DNA of 48,229 nucleotides from Fidelibacterota bacterium (GCA_014240005.1 JAAZXT010000006.1:1-48229); one strand, 5' to 3'; positions 17,932 to 27,975 are shown, counted from the stretch's first letter. Program-made: numbers and translations. Notes: generated from the sequence alone by a model not told the origin.

Positions 17932-18631
17932 CAGCTCTTACTTTATTTAAATAATTTTCATAACGCCCTAAATCATCTTTAAGAAATACCGTAACTCCTT
18001 TTGAAGTTACCGTTGCACCAGAAATACCATCTACTTGATGAATAGCAGATGCTTTACTATTGTCTACCTTTCCTTTTAGAACTTCTACCCCAATAACATC
18101 TCCGCTATTATCTCTAATTTTTTTACCTATAAAATTATTAGTAAACCATGCTTTGTCTACTTCACCACCCAAGCCTGGCGTTTCACCATGTTTATAAAAC
18201 TGAATTCCTAAAACTGTATCTGTATCAGACTCTAATGCAATGTAACCAAATACAGTAGACCACAATCCTTTTCCAGCAACAGGAATTGCGATACCCTCTG
18301 TTTTATTATCTACAACTTTTAAATAAACAGGCAATACTTCTAAATTCTTCTCAGTATCCACTTCTTCAATTATACAATCAACTACACTCCCGCTAGTATC
18401 AACGCAAAATGCTTGGATATTGTCATTAAATATTTTTTCTACAACTTCATTTGACCATGGCTCATTTTCTGACTCTTCAAAATCTAATGATCGCAAAATA
18501 TTCTTTTTCATGTCTGCTTTAAGATTATACTCCTGTAAATCTCTTAAATTTTCTTTGGTAAATGATAAGATTGTACCAAGAAGAACTGTTATAATAAAAA
18601 CAAAAGCTAATGTATAGTTATTGCTATGCAT
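17918..18631 (-). CDS. nqrC: Na+-NQR subunit C
   Basis: Single N-terminal TM and the covalent-FMN site motif [10 protein letters not shown] (SGAT). Confidence 0.9.
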   Translation of the reverse strand: MHSNNYTLAFVFIITVLLGTILSFTKENLRDLQEYNLKADMKKNILRSLDFEESENEPWSNEVVEKIFNDNIQAFCVDTSGSVVDCIIEEVDTEKNLEVLPVYLKVVDNKTEGIAIPVAGKGLWSTVFGYIALESDTDTVLGIQFYKHGETPGLGGEVDKAWFTNNFIGKKIRDNSGDVIGVEVLKGKVDNSKASAIHQVDGISGATVTSKGVTVFLKDDLGRYENYLNKVRADGNI

Positions 18632-19799
18632 TTCTTGAAAGCCTCATATTAATATTTGATTTTATGACATAATAATCTATCAATGGTGCAAACATATTCA
18701 TAATTAATATCGCCAACATTACGCCTTCAGGATAAGCAGGATTTACAGATCGAATAATTACCGTTAGAGCTCCAATCATAAATCCATAAATCCATCTTCC
18801 TTTATTAGTATGCGTAGATGTGACTGGTTCGCTTGCCATAAACACTGTTCCAAATAAAAAACTACCAATCAGAATATGCTGTAATGGCGTAATAGTTAAC
18901 ATTGCATTAGTGGAATGATCTGCCAAAAGATTAAATAATCCAGCAGTCATTACGAGCCCAAGAACTGATGAAACCATAATTCTCCATGAAGCAATACCGC
19001 AATAAATCAAAAATATCGCACCCAATAGAATTAATAATTTATTTGTTTCTCCTATAGATCCTGGAATCAACCCCCAAAATAAATTAGATGCTGAAAAATC
19101 AAATTGAGTAGCCTGACTAAATAAATTTGTAGCTGTATCATATTCTACCGGATTAGCTGGTATAGATAGTGCAGTCGCACCACTATAACCATCAGGTCCT
19201 ACAGCCCAAACTTTGTCACCTGATATTTTTGTTGGAAAAGCAAAGTACATAAAAGCACGTGCAGTTAATGCAGGATTAAATACATTAGTACCGACACCTC
19301 CAAAAATCTCTTTTCCAATAATAATTCCGAAACAAGTTCCTATAAATAACTGCCACAATGGAATATCTGGTGGCATAGTTAATGGAATCAATGCACATGT
19401 TACAAGAAAACCTTCATTTACTTCATGCTTACGAATTACTGCAAATGAAAGTTCACAAATAGCTCCAGCTACAAATGTAGTAATCAAAATTGGAGTTACG
19501 TATGACATTCCCAGAATAAAATCGCTTACAACGGAACTAGCAACGCCTGTAGCTGCTGAATGCAAATATCCAATATTATAAGCCCCGAATAAATAACATG
19601 GTATTAGAGCAATAACAACAAAAAACATTGTTCTTTTAATATCCATATTATCTCTAATGTGAGGACCTGAGTCGGTTTGTTTTTCTGTTGAAAAAAAGAT
19701 AGTATCTGTTGCTTCCCATATAGGAAATGCCCATGATAAAGGTTTTCCTTCTTCAAAAAATTTACCGGATTTTGTTAATATTTTTTTTAAAAAATTCAT
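18624..19799 (-). CDS. nqrB: Na+-NQR subunit B
   Basis: Polytopic protein with the FMN attachment motif GYSGATALS. The track start 19811 is TTG. ATG at 19797-19799 (MNFLKK...) sits one nucleotide after the nqrA stop codon. Confidence 0.9.
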   Translation of the reverse strand: MNFLKKILTKSGKFFEEGKPLSWAFPIWEATDTIFFSTEKQTDSGPHIRDNMDIKRTMFFVVIALIPCYLFGAYNIGYLHSAATGVASSVVSDFILGMSYVTPILITTFVAGAICELSFAVIRKHEVNEGFLVTCALIPLTMPPDIPLWQLFIGTCFGIIIGKEIFGGVGTNVFNPALTARAFMYFAFPTKISGDKVWAVGPDGYSGATALSIPANPVEYDTATNLFSQATQFDFSASNLFWGLIPGSIGETNKLLILLGAIFLIYCGIASWRIMVSSVLGLVMTAGLFNLLADHSTNAMLTITPLQHILIGSFLFGTVFMASEPVTSTHTNKGRWIYGFMIGALTVIIRSVNPAYPEGVMLAILIMNMFAPLIDYYVIKSNINMRLSRNA

Positions 19800-19800
19800 C

Positions 19801-21138
19801 TTATTTATCAAAATAGATTGTATCTAGTCCCTTTCTAATTATTCCACCTACATCTGTTTTACTCGGACATACGAATGAACATAATGCTACATCTTCTTCA
19901 TCGCATTCGTAAATACCTAATTGTTCCATTTCTTCGAAGTCGTTTGCTTCAATACTACGAAGCAATGCATTAATATAAATATTCATCGGAAATACTTTCT
20001 CCCAAGCTCCAATGGGCACAAAAGCTCTATGACTACCATTTTGAAGAGTAGTAAACTTATAAGGAGATTTATTGCTTCCTAAGTATGCATTGAAAACACT
20101 ATACCTTGATGAACCTCCAGGGTGGAACCAGCCTATAAATGATCTATCAAAAGATTCTTCAATTACAGATATAGAAGAATGATAAAATCCTAAATATCCA
20201 TCTATAGAAGATTGCTTACCTGTCAACACATCTCCAGAAATAATTCTTACTTGATCACTAGATACATTCCCTTTACAATAAGATTCTAATGAAGCACCGA
20301 TTCTTGATTTAAAATAAGAAGGATCATTCACAGCAGGTCCACTCAAATTTATAGTAATACATGGATCAAATACGCCATCAGAAAATAATTTGCCAAGAAT
20401 AGGTAAGTGATGTCCTTGTACTGTCCACACAACATCTTTGCTATTAATAGGGCTAATGTGATTAAGTACAACTCCTACATTTCCAGCAGGATGCGGCCCT
20501 TCTACTTGGATAACATCTACAAAATCTAAATCAGATAAATAATCAAATTCACCAGGATTCACAGCTACAAATAGTTTTCCTTCTGTCAATTTCTTTAAAT
20601 TTGCTAAAGCACTAACAATGGTATCTTTATTTGATGACAATGTAAAATTATAATCAACTGATAAGGGGGCAGTATTTGCCAAGCTGACAATAATGCATTT
20701 TGGCTTGTCAGAAGGATTTGCAACTTTATTAAATGGTCTTTGTGTGATAAAAGGCCACATATTTTTTTCTAATAAATAATTAACTACATCATCTTTATTA
20801 TCTAATTTTTTTTGCTCGCCATTAAATTGTTCATTCTCAATATTAGTATCGACACTAAAAATAATTTCTTTTATTGATCTTCGTTCACCATAAACAATTT
20901 CTGCAATCTTACCGGATGCAATTGCTGGCCATTTAACCTCAGGGCATAACTTATCAAAAAATATAGGATCTCCTAACTTTACAACATCATTTTCTTTAAC
21001 CAAAAGCTTTGGTTTGATGTATCTAAAATTTTCGGGAGACAAAGAAACGGAATTATTTTTTTGAGGTGCTAAAATTTCTCTAGAGGCTACTCCAGCAATG
21101 TTAATGTTGTGACCTTTTTTAACTTTTATTTTCAACAT
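19801..21138 (-). CDS. nqrA: Na+-NQR subunit A
   Basis: MLKIKVKKGHNINIAGV resembles the NqrA N-terminus. It is a 445-aa soluble subunit and the first gene of the nqr run. Confidence 0.9.
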   Translation of the reverse strand: MLKIKVKKGHNINIAGVASREILAPQKNNSVSLSPENFRYIKPKLLVKENDVVKLGDPIFFDKLCPEVKWPAIASGKIAEIVYGERRSIKEIIFSVDTNIENEQFNGEQKKLDNKDDVVNYLLEKNMWPFITQRPFNKVANPSDKPKCIIVSLANTAPLSVDYNFTLSSNKDTIVSALANLKKLTEGKLFVAVNPGEFDYLSDLDFVDVIQVEGPHPAGNVGVVLNHISPINSKDVVWTVQGHHLPILGKLFSDGVFDPCITINLSGPAVNDPSYFKSRIGASLESYCKGNVSSDQVRIISGDVLTGKQSSIDGYLGFYHSSISVIEESFDRSFIGWFHPGGSSRYSVFNAYLGSNKSPYKFTTLQNGSHRAFVPIGAWEKVFPMNIYINALLRSIEANDFEEMEQLGIYECDEEDVALCSFVCPSKTDVGGIIRKGLDTIYFDK

Positions 21139-21235
21139 AAATTTAGGCGCTTAGTTTCACCCTTATTTCAGACATGAGAAAGTAATAAAAAAGTTGGTTG
21201 AGTTCTAGATAATATTTAAGGAAATAGAAAAAAGA

Positions 21236-22444
21236 TTATTTTTTAGCTTTCCATTCAAAATAATTTCCATCATATGATACCTTGTCTTGCCATTCTTTGA
21301 CCTTACTATTAATCATATCCATTGTCTCCGAACTTACATCCTCTAACAAGTCAATTGTTAGATCTCCCACTGTTTTTGCACTGACTCTAGAAGCTTTAAT
21401 ATTTCCCTTGCCTGTTATTGCATTACCCATTCCATGAACTTTATCTAGTTCATCAAATTTGCCAGATGCTTGATCAACAATATTATATGTTGAGCCATCC
21501 ATAGGTACCCCGTCAATCGGTTCTGGTAAACTTCCGATTGAACTAATTATAATACCTCCTTTTAAGATATCATCTGATGCCTTAATAACAACTGGTTTTC
21601 CATCTACGATCTTGTTCTTAATAATTGTAAGGCCTTCCAACTTATCATCTACGATATGTAGTCCAGTTGGTTGAGTACATTCTGCAACCTTGAATAAAAA
21701 CTTATCTTGCATATTTTGAAGGATTTTTCTTCGAGCTAGTTTACGTTTTGCAACCATTTCAACATCTACATTTTCGGGAATAGTTGTCAAAGGCATATTT
21801 TCTATATCTCTTCGGTATACGAGAGTAGCTCCATGAATATTCAATGTATTATAATCCATATCATGCATTTCTAGATATTTCGAAATACCTTTATGCTCCA
21901 TTTCAACAATATCAAAGCCTTCAATCTGTAATTCAACTTTTTGTCTTACTAATTCTAATTGTATAATCTTACATACATCAATAGATGCAAGTCCTCCGCC
22001 TACTACCAAAGCATTATCTTTAACATTTACTGAAGGTCCATTGTAATTAGCTTCATGATAATGATTAAACCAATACACAAATGGATTCTGATAATAAAAG
22101 TTTGAAAAATTTTCAATTTCATTGAATGGAAAAGATCTATCTTTCCAAGCACCATTTGCAAAATAAATACAGCTCCAATCTATATCATATATATCTTTAA
22201 AATTTAGATCTTCACCTAATCTAGTGAGTGGAACAAAATCCACTAATTCATGAGACATAATATCATCAATTTTAAAATACTCTTTAGTACGTTGCTTATC
22301 ATGCCACCTTGGAAGTCCATCTTCAATTTTTCCATAAGGCATATGGTTTTGATCAATTACAACACAGCGAACTCCTTCTGCTGTCAATTTTTGTGCGGCG
22401 GTTGAACCCGATACCGCTCCTCCTATAATTAATACTGCCTTCAT
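21236..22444 (-). CDS. Two-dinucleotide-binding-domain flavoprotein (adrenodoxin-reductase / GltD-like FAD/NAD(P) oxidoreductase)
   Basis: N-terminal IIGGAVSGSTAA (GxGxxG) and a second VVGGGLASID fold. The substrate is not deducible. Confidence 0.45.
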   Translation of the reverse strand: MKAVLIIGGAVSGSTAAQKLTAEGVRCVVIDQNHMPYGKIEDGLPRWHDKQRTKEYFKIDDIMSHELVDFVPLTRLGEDLNFKDIYDIDWSCIYFANGAWKDRSFPFNEIENFSNFYYQNPFVYWFNHYHEANYNGPSVNVKDNALVVGGGLASIDVCKIIQLELVRQKVELQIEGFDIVEMEHKGISKYLEMHDMDYNTLNIHGATLVYRRDIENMPLTTIPENVDVEMVAKRKLARRKILQNMQDKFLFKVAECTQPTGLHIVDDKLEGLTIIKNKIVDGKPVVIKASDDILKGGIIISSIGSLPEPIDGVPMDGSTYNIVDQASGKFDELDKVHGMGNAITGKGNIKASRVSAKTVGDLTIDLLEDVSSETMDMINSKVKEWQDKVSYDGNYFEWKAKK

Positions 22445-22491
22445 TTTAATACTGCTTTCATTAATTTGTTTATTTCTTAAATTTGTCCGGT

Positions 22492-23403
22492 ATGAAATTA
22501 ATAAATTATTTGATAATTCAAATCATTCCTTTTTTGCCAAAGATCTTTGTTCGTCTTGTAGCATCTCCTTATATAGCAGGTATTACTGATGATCAAATGC
22601 TAATTAACGTAAAAAAATTAAATGATAAAGGGTATGACGTTGCGATTGATATTCTGGGAGAACATGTAACGACAGATAGGGATGCAACTCAAATTACTGA
22701 GCGCTATGCAAACCTATATGATAGAATTGCCTCACAAGGTTTAGATGCAAACTTATCTATTAAGTTAAGTCATATCGGTCAAGACTTAGGTTATGAACTA
22801 GTTAGAAAAAATCTAATGATTCTTGTAAATGCAGCTAAAAAACATAATAATTTTTTACGTCTTGATATGGAAAACTCACCATACACATCAGAGACAATTA
22901 ATCTATACAAGAAAGCATTTGAAATTTATCCTAATGTTGGAATCGTACTACAAGCTTACATGCATCGATCAATAGATGATATAGATATGTTAGCCAACAA
23001 AGTGTTTAATGTGCGAATTTGTAAAGGTATTTATATAGAAAGTGAAGATATAGCTTACAGAGGTTATGAAAAAATAAGAAATAATTATATTGCACTAGTT
23101 CAGCGTGCACTTACAAAAGGATCATACGTGGGAATTGCAAGTCATGACGAATATTTAATTGATACACTATATGCATGGATTAAAGACAATAAAATCTCTC
23201 CTAGTCAATATGAATTTCAAGTATTGCATGGTGTACCAATGGAAAAAAAGCTCCAACAATTAATCAAAGAAGGCAATAAAGTACGTGTATATGTTCCCTA
23301 TGGAGATAATTGGTATGATTATTCTGTTAGGCGATTAAAAGAGAATCCTAAAATGGCAGGATATATAATTAAAAATATTTTTAGTAAGATTTTTAATCGA
23401 TAA
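22492..23403 (+). CDS. Proline dehydrogenase (stand-alone PutA-type catalytic barrel)
   Basis: LSIKLSHIG, RLDMENS, IVLQAYM, VRICKGIY and LHGV blocks fit the proline dehydrogenase family. The track start 22483 is TTG; ATG 22492 is preferred. Confidence 0.75.
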   Translation: MKLINYLIIQIIPFLPKIFVRLVASPYIAGITDDQMLINVKKLNDKGYDVAIDILGEHVTTDRDATQITERYANLYDRIASQGLDANLSIKLSHIGQDLGYELVRKNLMILVNAAKKHNNFLRLDMENSPYTSETINLYKKAFEIYPNVGIVLQAYMHRSIDDIDMLANKVFNVRICKGIYIESEDIAYRGYEKIRNNYIALVQRALTKGSYVGIASHDEYLIDTLYAWIKDNKISPSQYEFQVLHGVPMEKKLQQLIKEGNKVRVYVPYGDNWYDYSVRRLKENPKMAGYIIKNIFSKIFNR

Positions 23404-23407
23404 ATAA

Positions 23408-23893
23408 TTATCTATTTCTTTTCCTATACCAAAATAGTAAAATAATCCCTGCTAAATTTGGAAACCATACTTCAGGACTCGACCAAGAAATACCATCAAA
23501 TGAAAAATCAGAAATAGGCCAAAATAATTTGACTGGGGAAAAATCTTTAGTATGAAATGGAAAATCTAACAATATGTGAAAAGGCCAAGCTAACATTGGC
23601 CAAACAAAATCTTTTTTTACAAAATAAGCAAAAGCAATAAATGTAAAAGCTACAACAAAGCTATGCGAAAGATTGTCCATAAAAAAAAGCCAATCAGGAT
23701 AAGGTGCTAACTGAGAAAGACTTTCCAATGATGGAATTCCACCATAGCTTAGTGTTCCGCTGAATAATTTTACAATAAATAGGACTCCAAAAGAAATGAT
23801 ATCTGGCATTGCTCCAAAAAAAACTGCCAACCATTTATGGCCTCTATAGCCAAATAGTCCTCTACCCCAAAATGCGTGGCTAAGCGTATCCAT
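23408..23893 (-). CDS. YdjM/DUF457-like membrane-bound metal-dependent hydrolase
   Basis: N-terminal MDTLSHAFWG, multiple TM helices and conserved His residues (LSHSF, FHILLD), as in the YdjM family. Confidence 0.55.
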   Translation of the reverse strand: MDTLSHAFWGRGLFGYRGHKWLAVFFGAMPDIISFGVLFIVKLFSGTLSYGGIPSLESLSQLAPYPDWLFFMDNLSHSFVVAFTFIAFAYFVKKDFVWPMLAWPFHILLDFPFHTKDFSPVKLFWPISDFSFDGISWSSPEVWFPNLAGIILLFWYRKRNR

Positions 23894-23899
23894 TGAAAA

Positions 23900-25243
23900 T
23901 TATTTTGCTAAAGAACCCATTGGGTCCCACGGCTTTAAAGGAATAGCTTCTTCGTTCTTATAAAGATTATATAAGTCATCAGATAGATAATCTTTATGTA
24001 CAACAACTTCATAATTATATTCATCAAACCATTGATCTGACATAATATGATAACCTTTTTCTCCAACCTTATCACCCCAACTATTTTCTACTCGCCATTT
24101 GATAGGTTTATCATCAACGTCTAAATCTACTCCAGTGAAAAGCATTGCATGGGTCATTTGACTTTCTCCATACTGTAAACGATCAGCTTTATTCATAGAA
24201 AATTCTGATTGATAAAAAGAATTAAAGTCAAATAAATCTATATCCATCACTCCTATTTTTCTATCAAAATGTTTTCCGACATCACAACCGAACCATACGG
24301 GATGATTATCTTTGATAGAGCTCGCTGATGCAGCTTTCATTTCTTCGCTTGTCACATTAAGATATCGAACTGAATTTCCTTCAACAACATTTCCAAGTGC
24401 TTCAACAGTATAAACTTTTCTATACTCCTTATCTTCCATAGGACAATTGATAAGACATACGTATTCATCAAGATTCAATCCAACATGATTATCAAAAAAA
24501 GATTTAGGAGTTAAATTTTCAAAACTAATAAACTTCTTCTTTTTATCATGAGCTTGCCAATTAAATGAAGTTGGGGGGGATCCAATATGCATTGCAAGCA
24601 TCTTATAGATTTCCTCTAACATATCTGTTTTAATAGATTCTAAATCGTCGCCTGAAACGCCTTTACCTATATTTTGACGCAAATCTTTTGCATTTTCACG
24701 AAGTTTGCGAGCAATCATTCGATTCATTGTAGCTGACTGGCTCGATGAGAATGATTCTGACATTTCTGACTGTGGAATGACGCCATATTTATCAATTAAA
24801 CTAACCCACATATCCCACTGTCCGCCATCTTCAATTGGATTTGAAAGAAGATGCATTACTATTCGACTATTCCAATCTTCAGACGCAGAATCTATAATGC
24901 ATTCTAAAAAATAATTTGCTTTTTCTAGCTTATCCCAAAACATAAAATAGCTCTGAGAAAACTCAAAATTTTTCAAATTATGTTTTCTGCCAATATAAAA
25001 TCTAAACAAATTTAATCCAGCAAACCCCCAGCACCTTCCACTAGATTTTTGGTTAGTAACTGGCATTTCCCCTTTCACAACATTAGAAAAAGAATGGTTT
25101 ATATTTCTATAACGATCCCAATTCATGGTTAAATCACTTAAATCAGTACGAATCATTGCATTTCTTACTACCTTAACATGATTATCTGATTCACATTTTT
25201 TTTGAAATTTCTCTATTGTTTTTAATGAAATTGAATTAGCCAT
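23900..25243 (-). CDS. pepC: Aminopeptidase C / bleomycin hydrolase (C1-family cysteine peptidase)
   Basis: Catalytic Cys block NQKSSGRCWGFAG, HAMLFTG (His) and VENSWG (Asn-Ser-Trp). The 447-aa length fits. Confidence 0.85.
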   Translation of the reverse strand: MANSISLKTIEKFQKKCESDNHVKVVRNAMIRTDLSDLTMNWDRYRNINHSFSNVVKGEMPVTNQKSSGRCWGFAGLNLFRFYIGRKHNLKNFEFSQSYFMFWDKLEKANYFLECIIDSASEDWNSRIVMHLLSNPIEDGGQWDMWVSLIDKYGVIPQSEMSESFSSSQSATMNRMIARKLRENAKDLRQNIGKGVSGDDLESIKTDMLEEIYKMLAMHIGSPPTSFNWQAHDKKKKFISFENLTPKSFFDNHVGLNLDEYVCLINCPMEDKEYRKVYTVEALGNVVEGNSVRYLNVTSEEMKAASASSIKDNHPVWFGCDVGKHFDRKIGVMDIDLFDFNSFYQSEFSMNKADRLQYGESQMTHAMLFTGVDLDVDDKPIKWRVENSWGDKVGEKGYHIMSDQWFDEYNYEVVVHKDYLSDDLYNLYKNEEAIPLKPWDPMGSLAK

Positions 25244-25264
25244 TTTTTTCCTTTTTAAAATTAG

Positions 25265-25789
25265 TTATCTATTTTTATCCCAAAATACTTCTGTAATTAT
25301 ATTCAAATCTTTTTCTTTTAAACTACTTGTATCCCTAAGAATAGCAGTGAATTCTCTGACTTCATCTTTAGTCACTGGTGAACCTATATTATTACCATTC
25401 GAATCTAAAGAATTATCTAAAATATTACCCTTGCTATCAAATATGACCCAAAAAGGAATCCCACTTGCATTACCTCTGAGCGAATTATAAAAATCAACTG
25501 CACCAGGATTCTCAAGTTTTTTATTTTCTTCAGATTCATTTACTGCTAAATGAACTATAACATAATTATCATAGAAAAAATCTTTACATAAATCATTAGT
25601 CATATTTTGATCCATGCGCTTACACCAAGTACACCATGATGCATCAAACATCAAAAAAACATTTTTGTTTTCTTTTTTAGCAATTGTATAGGCGGAATTC
25701 ATTACTTCATCTTTTGATGGAATAATGTTTTGAGCATTAAGAATGCCAACAAAAAATGAGATAATAGTAAAATAATATATATTTTTCAT
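25265..25789 (-). CDS. Secreted thioredoxin-fold protein (WCxWC)
   Basis: Signal-peptide-like N-terminus (IISFFVGILNAQN) and redox motif DASWCTWCKRM. Confidence 0.6.
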   Translation of the reverse strand: MKNIYYFTIISFFVGILNAQNIIPSKDEVMNSAYTIAKKENKNVFLMFDASWCTWCKRMDQNMTNDLCKDFFYDNYVIVHLAVNESEENKKLENPGAVDFYNSLRGNASGIPFWVIFDSKGNILDNSLDSNGNNIGSPVTKDEVREFTAILRDTSSLKEKDLNIITEVFWDKNR

Positions 25790-25807
25790 TGCGAACCTCT
25801 TTCTATC

Positions 25808-26704
25808 TTATCTATTCGGTGGAACCAAGATTAATTTTGATGTTGTCTGGGTATATGTTAAGTAGTCTAAGTCTGAACCCCATTTTTGTTTGGCTAAGTC
25901 GTCTAATAAAGGTATTCCACTTACTTTGGTAAGTAATAAATAAACAAAAATAGGTGATATTAAGGTAGCTAATTGCCATCCCGATAGTACAGGATAAGCT
26001 AGCACAGCTACACCGAGCCATAAAGTGATTTCACCAAAATAGTTCGGATGTTGTGACCACGACCATATTCCTGTAGTAATAAATCTATTTTTATTAGCTG
26101 GATCTTTTTTAAACTGCCTTTTTTGACTGTCAGCTACCACTTCAACGATAAAACCAAACAACCACAATCCAATACCAATATACCCTATGACACCTAGCTC
26201 TATGGACGTTTTAGATGTTAATGCAGCAAGACCTGCTCCTATTGTAACTAAAACCCATAATCCACCCATTGTCCATAAGTTTAAAAATAAGATAAACTTA
26301 GTCTTTATGACGTTGAGACGTTCATCCTTTCCATCTTTTTTAACTCTTAGGAATAAAAAAGAACCCAAACGACCAGCCCATACTATGATCATAGTACAAA
26401 TAATTAAATCTCTAAGGTCTAAAGATGGACTCAGCATAGCTACTGCAATGACTGTAGCTATATAAGAAATTGAACCAGTTAGATCAAAATAATGATCTGT
26501 TTTAAGCATATAAGAAGGAAGAAAAGCTATCCAATGCAGTATAAACCCAATAGGTGCGCATACTGCAAATAATGGCAGTCCTTCTGTAACAACAGGTGTT
26601 GCAATCAAAAATAATGTAACACTCTCCTGACTACCAGCAAAAATTATTAGCGTAGAAATTATTAGCGATGCTACAATCCCCATTACACTTTGAGATTTTG
26701 TCAT
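25808..26704 (-). CDS. DUF1295 / steroid-5-alpha-reductase-like membrane protein
   Basis: Polytopic protein with C-terminal SWSQHPNYFGE and TKVSGIPLL blocks characteristic of the family. Confidence 0.6.
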   Translation of the reverse strand: MTKSQSVMGIVASLIISTLIIFAGSQESVTLFLIATPVVTEGLPLFAVCAPIGFILHWIAFLPSYMLKTDHYFDLTGSISYIATVIAVAMLSPSLDLRDLIICTMIIVWAGRLGSFLFLRVKKDGKDERLNVIKTKFILFLNLWTMGGLWVLVTIGAGLAALTSKTSIELGVIGYIGIGLWLFGFIVEVVADSQKRQFKKDPANKNRFITTGIWSWSQHPNYFGEITLWLGVAVLAYPVLSGWQLATLISPIFVYLLLTKVSGIPLLDDLAKQKWGSDLDYLTYTQTTSKLILVPPNR

Positions 26705-27570
26705 TACGAACCTCTTTTTCCCCAGACCATCTTCGTTTTTAATGTTTGATAATAATCATAGTCTTCAAAAGTAATAAATTTAAGATGATGTTGTGCTTGA
26801 AAGATTGTGACGGTAGAATTATTGGTAAAATTCTCAATATTTTGCCCATCAGCAATTAATTTTAATTCTTTTTCAGAGTCACCATTAAATCGAAACTCAA
26901 TATTAACATCTGCTGGTAAGACTAATGGTCGTGAAGTCAAAGAATGGGGAGCAATTGGAGTCACTACAATGGAGAATACATCTGGTTGTACAATAGGACC
27001 CCCTGAAGATAAGGAGTATGCAGTAGATCCTGTAGGTGTACTAATAATGATACCGTCTGACTTGTAATCACTTACATGCTTACCATCAATATATAAAGAC
27101 AAAGAAGTGACTCTATAGGCTGTCTCATTTTGGACAACAAAATCATTAATTGCGAAATAAGAATGATCATTATTAGAAATCTTAGCATTTAAAACTAATC
27201 TTTCTTGTGTAGTAAAGTCATCATCCTTAATCATATCTAACTTTTCAGTTAGCTCTTTAGGAGTAATTTGTGCAAGAAATCCTAATCCTCCGATATGAAC
27301 TCCTAGAACAGGAATGGTAGGTTTACTAAAAATTCTTACACCAGCGATAAGCGTACCATCGCCACCTAGACATAATAAAAAATCAACATTAGGTGGAGTT
27401 GTAGAGTCGTAAAAATTAGAATGATTTGAAGCAATTTCTAGGTGCTTTAAGCTATTAGGCAAGAATAACGTAATATCATTATTTCCTGCCCATAGCATAA
27501 CTTCATGGACTAACCCTGGAACTTCTTTTTTTCTAGGATTTGCCCAAATAGCAAAACTTTTCGGTTTCAT
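26704..27570 (-). CDS. nadK: NAD+ kinase
   Basis: CLGGDGTLI and ISTPTGSTAYSLSSGGPIV motifs. Confidence 0.9.
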   Translation of the reverse strand: MKPKSFAIWANPRKKEVPGLVHEVMLWAGNNDITLFLPNSLKHLEIASNHSNFYDSTTPPNVDFLLCLGGDGTLIAGVRIFSKPTIPVLGVHIGGLGFLAQITPKELTEKLDMIKDDDFTTQERLVLNAKISNNDHSYFAINDFVVQNETAYRVTSLSLYIDGKHVSDYKSDGIIISTPTGSTAYSLSSGGPIVQPDVFSIVVTPIAPHSLTSRPLVLPADVNIEFRFNGDSEKELKLIADGQNIENFTNNSTVTIFQAQHHLKFITFEDYDYYQTLKTKMVWGKRGS

Positions 27571-27575
27571 TTTAG

Positions 27576-27671
27576 TTATCTATTTTTTTTCTTATGTCTG
27601 TCTGCACGTAAACGTTTTTTACGTTTATGTGTATTCATTTTTCTTTTTTTTCTTTTCTTACCGCAAGGCAT
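27576..27671 (-). CDS. 31-aa Lys/Arg-rich micro-protein, bS22-like (AURKAIP1/COX24-type small ribosomal protein candidate)
   Basis: Below the ORF-track cut-off. Own translation: MPCGKKRKKRKMNTHKRKKRLRADRHKKKNR*. GGAG lies 6 nt upstream of the ATG (27669-27671). It fills the only gap between the HU gene and nadK. Confidence 0.55.
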   Translation of the reverse strand: MPCGKKRKKRKMNTHKRKKRLRADRHKKKNR

Positions 27672-27684
27672 CAAATGCTCCTAT

Positions 27685-27975
27685 TTAATAATCAATTAAT
27701 TTATCGTTTACAGTTGTCTTCATCGCTTTGGAAGGCTTAAATACAGGCACATATCTTTCTGGCAAATAAACCGGATCTCCAGTCTTTGGATTACGTGCTT
27801 TCTTTGGTAATCTATGCTTTACTGCAAATGTTCCAAACCCTCTTAATTCAATTCTTTCATTTTTACTTAATGTCATAATAATTTCTTTAAAAGATGTATT
27901 AATAACAGCTTCTACCTCCAGTTTAGTTAATCCTGTTTTTTTTGAAACGCTATCTACTATATCTTGTTTAATCAT
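27685..27975 (-). CDS. HU/IHF-family DNA-binding protein
   Basis: 96 aa with the RGFGTF...RNPKTGD beta-arm signature. Confidence 0.85.
   Translation of the reverse strand: MIKQDIVDSVSKKTGLTKLEVEAVINTSFKEIIMTLSKNERIELRGFGTFAVKHRLPKKARNPKTGDPVYLPERYVPVFKPSKAMKTTVNDKLIDY

Noticed and set aside
19213-19581. 122-aa plus-strand ORF inside nqrB
   Set aside because: It is an antisense shadow of nqrB, and its Pro/Ile/Asn-rich translation has no recognisable features.
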